Made by a program: the position numbers and the translations under genes. Positions 50,240-53,815 of a DNA stretch of 53,815 nucleotides are shown here, piece after piece; within the stretch, counting starts at the first letter, position 1, and each line of letters opens with the position of its first letter. Under the pieces are notes generated by a model. The model saw only the letters and a program-made list of their open reading frames with translations, was not told where the DNA came from and did not search any database. Where the stretch lies: contig CBERPN010000001.1 of assembly GCA_965524675.1 (NCBI GenBank), forward strand, positions 1 through 53,815, written 5' to 3'. Origin of the DNA: an uncultured bacterium (GTDB taxonomy: Bacteria; Actinomycetota; Acidimicrobiia; Acidimicrobiales; SHLQ01).

Positions 50240-51133
50240 GTGAGGAACCTGAAGGCCCCACCACAAAGGGTGCAACGAATCGTCTACTTGGGTACACCGG
50301 AGGTAGCGGTGCCTCCGCTGCTGGCACTGCACGAGGCTGGCTTTGATATTTCACTGGTTGTAAGCGCTGCTGACAAACGGCGCGGCCGCGGGAGCGGGCT
50401 AAGCCCAACCCCGGTGAAATCAGCTGCCCTCGAGTTGGGGCTCGACGCGACCGACGATGTCGGCGACGTATCCGAAGTAGCAGCCGATCTAGGCGTTGTC
50501 GTCGCCTTTGGACAGCTCATTTCGACCTCGCTTCTTGAACAGCTGGCGATGGTAAACCTGCATTTCTCATTGCTGCCACGCTGGCGCGGTGCCGCACCGG
50601 TAGAGCGTGCGATTCTGGCGGGCGACATGGTTACTGGTGTCGGGGTGATGGAGCTTGTTCCCAAGCTTGATGCTGGCGGTATTTACTCTGAGATAGAGAT
50701 ACCGATCGGCTCGGATCAAACCGCAGCCGAACTTCGTGAGGTGTTGGTCGAGCAGGGATCTGCTTTGTTGTTGAAGACCCTTGCCCGCGGGCTTGGCACC
50801 CCCCGTCCCCAAATCGGCGATCCCGTATACGCCCACAAGATCAGCTCAGCCGATCTAGAACTAGATTGGACTCGCCCAGCGCTCGAGCTTCACGCCATGG
50901 TGCGAGTTGGTAACGCCTGGACAACATTTCGCGGCAAACGACTAAAGGTTTGGGAGTCTCGCTTGAGTGACCGCTCTGATTTGCAACGGGGGGCTATCGA
51001 TGACGCAGTCGTGGGAGCAGGCGACCGCGCCTTAGAACTGGTCACCGTGCAGCCTGCCGGCAAGGCCCGACTCGAAGCGTCGGCTTGGCTCAACGGTGCT
51101 CAGCTGTCGCTACACGATCGGCTTGGTTCATAA
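50240..51133 (+). CDS. fmt: methionyl-tRNA formyltransferase
   Basis: 297 aa. IVYLGTPEVAV and NLHFSLLPRWRGAAPVERAI (HxSLLPxxRG). GTG start at 50240; GTG at 50270 is an alternative. Confidence 0.92.
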   Translation: MRNLKAPPQRVQRIVYLGTPEVAVPPLLALHEAGFDISLVVSAADKRRGRGSGLSPTPVKSAALELGLDATDDVGDVSEVAADLGVVVAFGQLISTSLLEQLAMVNLHFSLLPRWRGAAPVERAILAGDMVTGVGVMELVPKLDAGGIYSEIEIPIGSDQTAAELREVLVEQGSALLLKTLARGLGTPRPQIGDPVYAHKISSADLELDWTRPALELHAMVRVGNAWTTFRGKRLKVWESRLSDRSDLQRGAIDDAVVGAGDRALELVTVQPAGKARLEASAWLNGAQLSLHDRLGS

Positions 51134-51134
51134 A

Positions 51135-52295
51135 GTGGCACGCAAGCCAGGCAACAAGGCCAAGGGTTCGCCCGACACCACGCCTGCATCGGCCCGACAG
51201 TTGGCGATCGAGGCAATCGTTCGCATCGAGCGGGACAGTGCCTACGCCAACCTGTTGCTGCCCCAGATGCTAACCAAATCTGCACTGGACACTCGCGACA
51301 AGGGATTCGTGACCGAATTGGTCTACGGCTCGACTCGAATGAAGCGCGCATGTGACTATTTGGTCGATCGCTTTATCGCCGACCCACCGCCTGTGGAAGC
51401 TCGTGCGGCCCTAAGAATCGGTGCTTATCAGATCGTGTTCTTGGGCACACCGCCTCACGCTGCGGTCAACGACACCGTTGGAGCCACGGCGCATAGGTTT
51501 CGCGGGCTGGTAAATGCAGTTCTGCGCAAGCTGATCAACGCGCCGGTGAGCTATCCGACCGAAGCGATTCGGTTGAGCTATCCCGATTGGCTTTACGAAC
51601 TTTTCGTCGAGCAATTCGGAACCGAGCGAGGCCATGACTTAATGGCCGCGATGAACGAGCCCGCGGTAGTGATGGAACGTGACGACGGCTATCGCCAAGA
51701 TGTCAGTAGTCAAATGGTCGCTGCGTTGGTTAGCGGTGATCGCGTTGGCGACGTATGCGCTGCTCCGGGCGGAAAGTCGACCGCCATCGCCGGAACGTCG
51801 GCAATGGTGATGGCGTCGGATCGCAAGCTGAGCCGGGCCCGCCTGGTTCGTGGCAATACCAGCGAACTCGGAATTGAGAACCTAACGACGGTGGTGGCCG
51901 ATGGTCGAGCCCTGCCGTATCGCCAAGGCTCGTTCGATACCGTACTCGTCGACGCCCCCTGCACCGGGCTAGGTGCCCTGCGGCGCAGGGCCGATGCTCG
52001 CTGGCGGGTGGGTCCCGGCGACGCGGATCGCTTAGCAGATCTTCAGGTTGGCTTGGTCTTAGCGGCGAGTGAGGTCGTTGCCGATGGTGGCGAGATTATT
52101 TACAGCGTGTGCACCATCACCGATACCGAATCGCTAGGTGTCGAGCGTAGACTCGCCGAGCTAGCGCCCCATCTGGAACCAATTGTCGACTATCCGCCCG
52201 ATTGGGAAACACATGGCTCCGGAGCCCGAATACTGCCTAGCGGTGACAGCGACGGCATGACAGTGCTTCGACTAAGAAAAACCTCCTCCACTTAG
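51135..52295 (+). CDS. rsmB: 16S rRNA (cytosine967-C5)-methyltransferase RsmB/Sun
   Basis: NusB-like N-terminal domain. VCAAPGGKS SAM motif and the catalytic DAPCTG and YSVCT Cys motifs. GTG 51135 lies just after the fmt stop. Confidence 0.88.
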   Translation: MARKPGNKAKGSPDTTPASARQLAIEAIVRIERDSAYANLLLPQMLTKSALDTRDKGFVTELVYGSTRMKRACDYLVDRFIADPPPVEARAALRIGAYQIVFLGTPPHAAVNDTVGATAHRFRGLVNAVLRKLINAPVSYPTEAIRLSYPDWLYELFVEQFGTERGHDLMAAMNEPAVVMERDDGYRQDVSSQMVAALVSGDRVGDVCAAPGGKSTAIAGTSAMVMASDRKLSRARLVRGNTSELGIENLTTVVADGRALPYRQGSFDTVLVDAPCTGLGALRRRADARWRVGPGDADRLADLQVGLVLAASEVVADGGEIIYSVCTITDTESLGVERRLAELAPHLEPIVDYPPDWETHGSGARILPSGDSDGMTVLRLRKTSST

Positions 52296-52352
52296 GGCTC
52301 TGGCGAGTAGGCAAGAGCACGCACTGTGCGGTTTGGCCATCCGCGAGTGTAG

Positions 52353-52375
52353 GTCGACCGCGGAGCGCGGTCGAC
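52353..52375 (+). terminator. perfect 10-bp GC-rich hairpin downstream of rsmB (no U-tract)
   Basis: GTCGACCGCG-GAG-CGCGGTCGAC. Lies between the rsmB stop (52295) and the ftsK start. Confidence 0.3.
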
Positions 52376-52440
52376 GACGCGCTTAGGGTGGATATTTTTG
52401 GGCTAGGTTCCATGTTTATGATGTTGTTCCTGTTAGCGTT

Positions 52441-53815
52441 GTGCCTGCTGTGACAACCAAGAACCGCTCGCCCAGAACCTCTAAGAGCGGCTCTGCACGC
52501 TCTACAGCCGCTAGGCGAAGTAGCGCTACGACGCGAAAAAGCTCGACACGAAAGACTGGTGCGGCCAGCCGCGACCGGAAGCCGAAAAGCCAGCAACAAC
52601 GAACCACGGCGAACGAAGCGGTCACCGAGGCCTTCGCCGATCACGGCGCCGATCTTTGGGGCTTAGTTCTCATTGCGGTCGGACTGTTCACCGCTCTAGC
52701 GACCTACGCCGAGATGGCTGGCCCGCTAGGACGATTGGTCGACGGGTTTGCCGGATGGCTATTCGGGCTTGTTCGGGCCTGGATCCCAATTGGACTGATC
52801 GGATTCGGAATAGCGCTCGTTCGAGGAAAACCCGACGACGATACGCCCGCCGCCGACCGGCAGCTCACCTTGCGGTTCGCGGTGGGTGGGATGATGGCGT
52901 TCGTGGCGGTCACAGGTCTGCTCCACGTCTACCGAGGTAGGCCCGGGTTTCAGGCGAGTGTCGAGGCATTGAGCGATGCTGGCGGAATCGTTGGACTGGT
53001 CGTAGGTGGTGGGCTGCTCCGCGTCGCCGCGGTTTGGGGGGCGTTGATCGTCTTGGGGACGATCGCATTGGTCAGCTTCTTAGTGCTGAGCGGTATCACG
53101 GTGCGTTCGATAGCAGGTGCAACCGCCGAGGGTGGCAAACCCGTCGGGTCGGCGCTGCGAGAGCATCTGCGTTGGCTGTTCGTAGCCCCCGGTGATCTCG
53201 ACTTGCGAGATGACATCGATGGGTCCGAGCAAGAGGACGACGATCCGAATGACGACGCCCTAGAACACGATCCCAATGCAATTCACGTAGGCGGCGAGGA
53301 CGATGGTGAAAACGAGCGGCGTATTCCGGTAGAATCGAGCGCTCGCAGCGATAGTCCCGCGACCGAAAAGCCATCGGCAGAAGCGCCGAGCGTTGAGGTA
53401 GCAGCACGACCCGACAAGGTATCGGCCAAGCGTCGTTCGGTCGCTAAGAAGCGTGGAAGTTGGGTTCTGCCGCCGCTCAGCCTGCTCGAGCATTCCAGTG
53501 CCCAGTCGATCGATAAGCGCGCTGTGGAAGAGCGCGGCCGCGTGCTCGAAAACGCCCTTGCCGAGCACGGTGTCGAAACGCGGTTGGTAGGAATGGTGGT
53601 TGGGCCAACGGTCACCCGCTATGAGCTCGAACTCGGACCTGGTGTCAAGGTTGCGCGCGTCACAAGCCTCCACCGAGATATCGCTTACTCGATGGCTTCG
53701 CCCGACGTACGGATTCTGGCCCCGATTCCTGGTCGTCAAGCGATCGGTGTCGAGGTGCCCAACGCCAACCGCGAAGTCGTTTCGCTCGGAGACATTCTCA
53801 GCTCGAAAGAGGCAC
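52441..53815 (+). CDS. ftsK: DNA translocase FtsK/SpoIIIE (N-terminal part; continues beyond the window)
   Basis: Open frame with no in-window stop, so absent from the ORF track. My translation has a basic Ser/Thr/Arg-rich N-terminus, then 4 TM helices (LWGLVLIAVGLFTALATY...), an acidic linker, and WVLPPLSLL...GVETRLVGMVVGPTVTRYELELGPGVKVARVTSLHRDIAYSMAS, the FtsK alpha-domain signature. GTG 52441 or GTG 52450 as start. Confidence 0.85.
   Translation, partial: MPAVTTKNRSPRTSKSGSARSTAARRSSATTRKSSTRKTGAASRDRKPKSQQQRTTANEAVTEAFADHGADLWGLVLIAVGLFTALATYAEMAGPLGRLVDGFAGWLFGLVRAWIPIGLIGFGIALVRGKPDDDTPAADRQLTLRFAVGGMMAFVAVTGLLHVYRGRPGFQASVEALSDAGGIVGLVVGGGLLRVAAVWGALIVLGTIALVSFLVLSGITVRSIAGATAEGGKPVGSALREHLRWLFVAPGDLDLRDDIDGSEQEDDDPNDDALEHDPNAIHVGGEDDGENERRIPVESSARSDSPATEKPSAEAPSVEVAARPDKVSAKRRSVAKKRGSWVLPPLSLLEHSSAQSIDKRAVEERGRVLENALAEHGVETRLVGMVVGPTVTRYELELGPGVKVARVTSLHRDIAYSMASPDVRILAPIPGRQAIGVEVPNANREVVSLGDILSSKEA

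Noticed and set aside
52237-52644. 135-aa minus-strand ORF, plus other minus-strand ORFs at 52950..53739 opposite the right end of the window
   Set aside because: The plus strand here encodes a clear FtsK N-terminus, with TM helices and the alpha-domain signature. The minus-strand products are low-complexity.

Overview
GC-rich chromosomal core region. Gene content and order point to Actinomycetota, by inference from mihF and the runs ruvX-mltG-aroE, pepQ-efp-nusB, pyrR-pyrB-pyrC-carAB-pyrF-mihF-gmk-rpoZ-coaBC-metK-priA and def-fmt-rsmB-ftsK. Reading left to right, the window holds: the 5' part of a sulfotransferase-like gene (minus strand); a complete F1Fo ATP synthase operon (atpZ/atpI-like, a, c, b, b', delta, alpha, gamma, beta, epsilon); convergent ppk2 and glpX; four poorly characterised genes; rarA and alaS; a shikimate-pathway fragment interrupted by a DUF4388/poly-proline protein and a prepilin peptidase; the pyrimidine operon; a large polytopic membrane protein inverted between gmk and rpoZ; ggt; a CDF transporter; two RNA methyltransferases; and the 5' part of ftsK. 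By eye I found no rRNA, tRNA, CRISPR array, transposase, integrase or recognisable defence genes, so this is mostly an ordinary housekeeping region. The feature least explained by annotation is a GC-rich modular intergenic repeat present twice in the same orientation. One copy lies upstream of alaS and the other upstream of ggt, and each runs up to the downstream start codon and supplies its Shine-Dalgarno sequence. It has a near-identical ~98-nt core, copy-specific internal duplications and a 17-bp long-range inverted repeat. Lesser observations are a PyrR-binding-loop-like leader that sequesters the pyrR RBS, a pyrD whose conserved N-terminus lies upstream of any canonical start codon, an acidic repeat-containing C-terminal tail on ATP synthase alpha, and a PriA with no recognisable Walker A motif. 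All calls come from reading the sequence and ORF translations; no database search was run.
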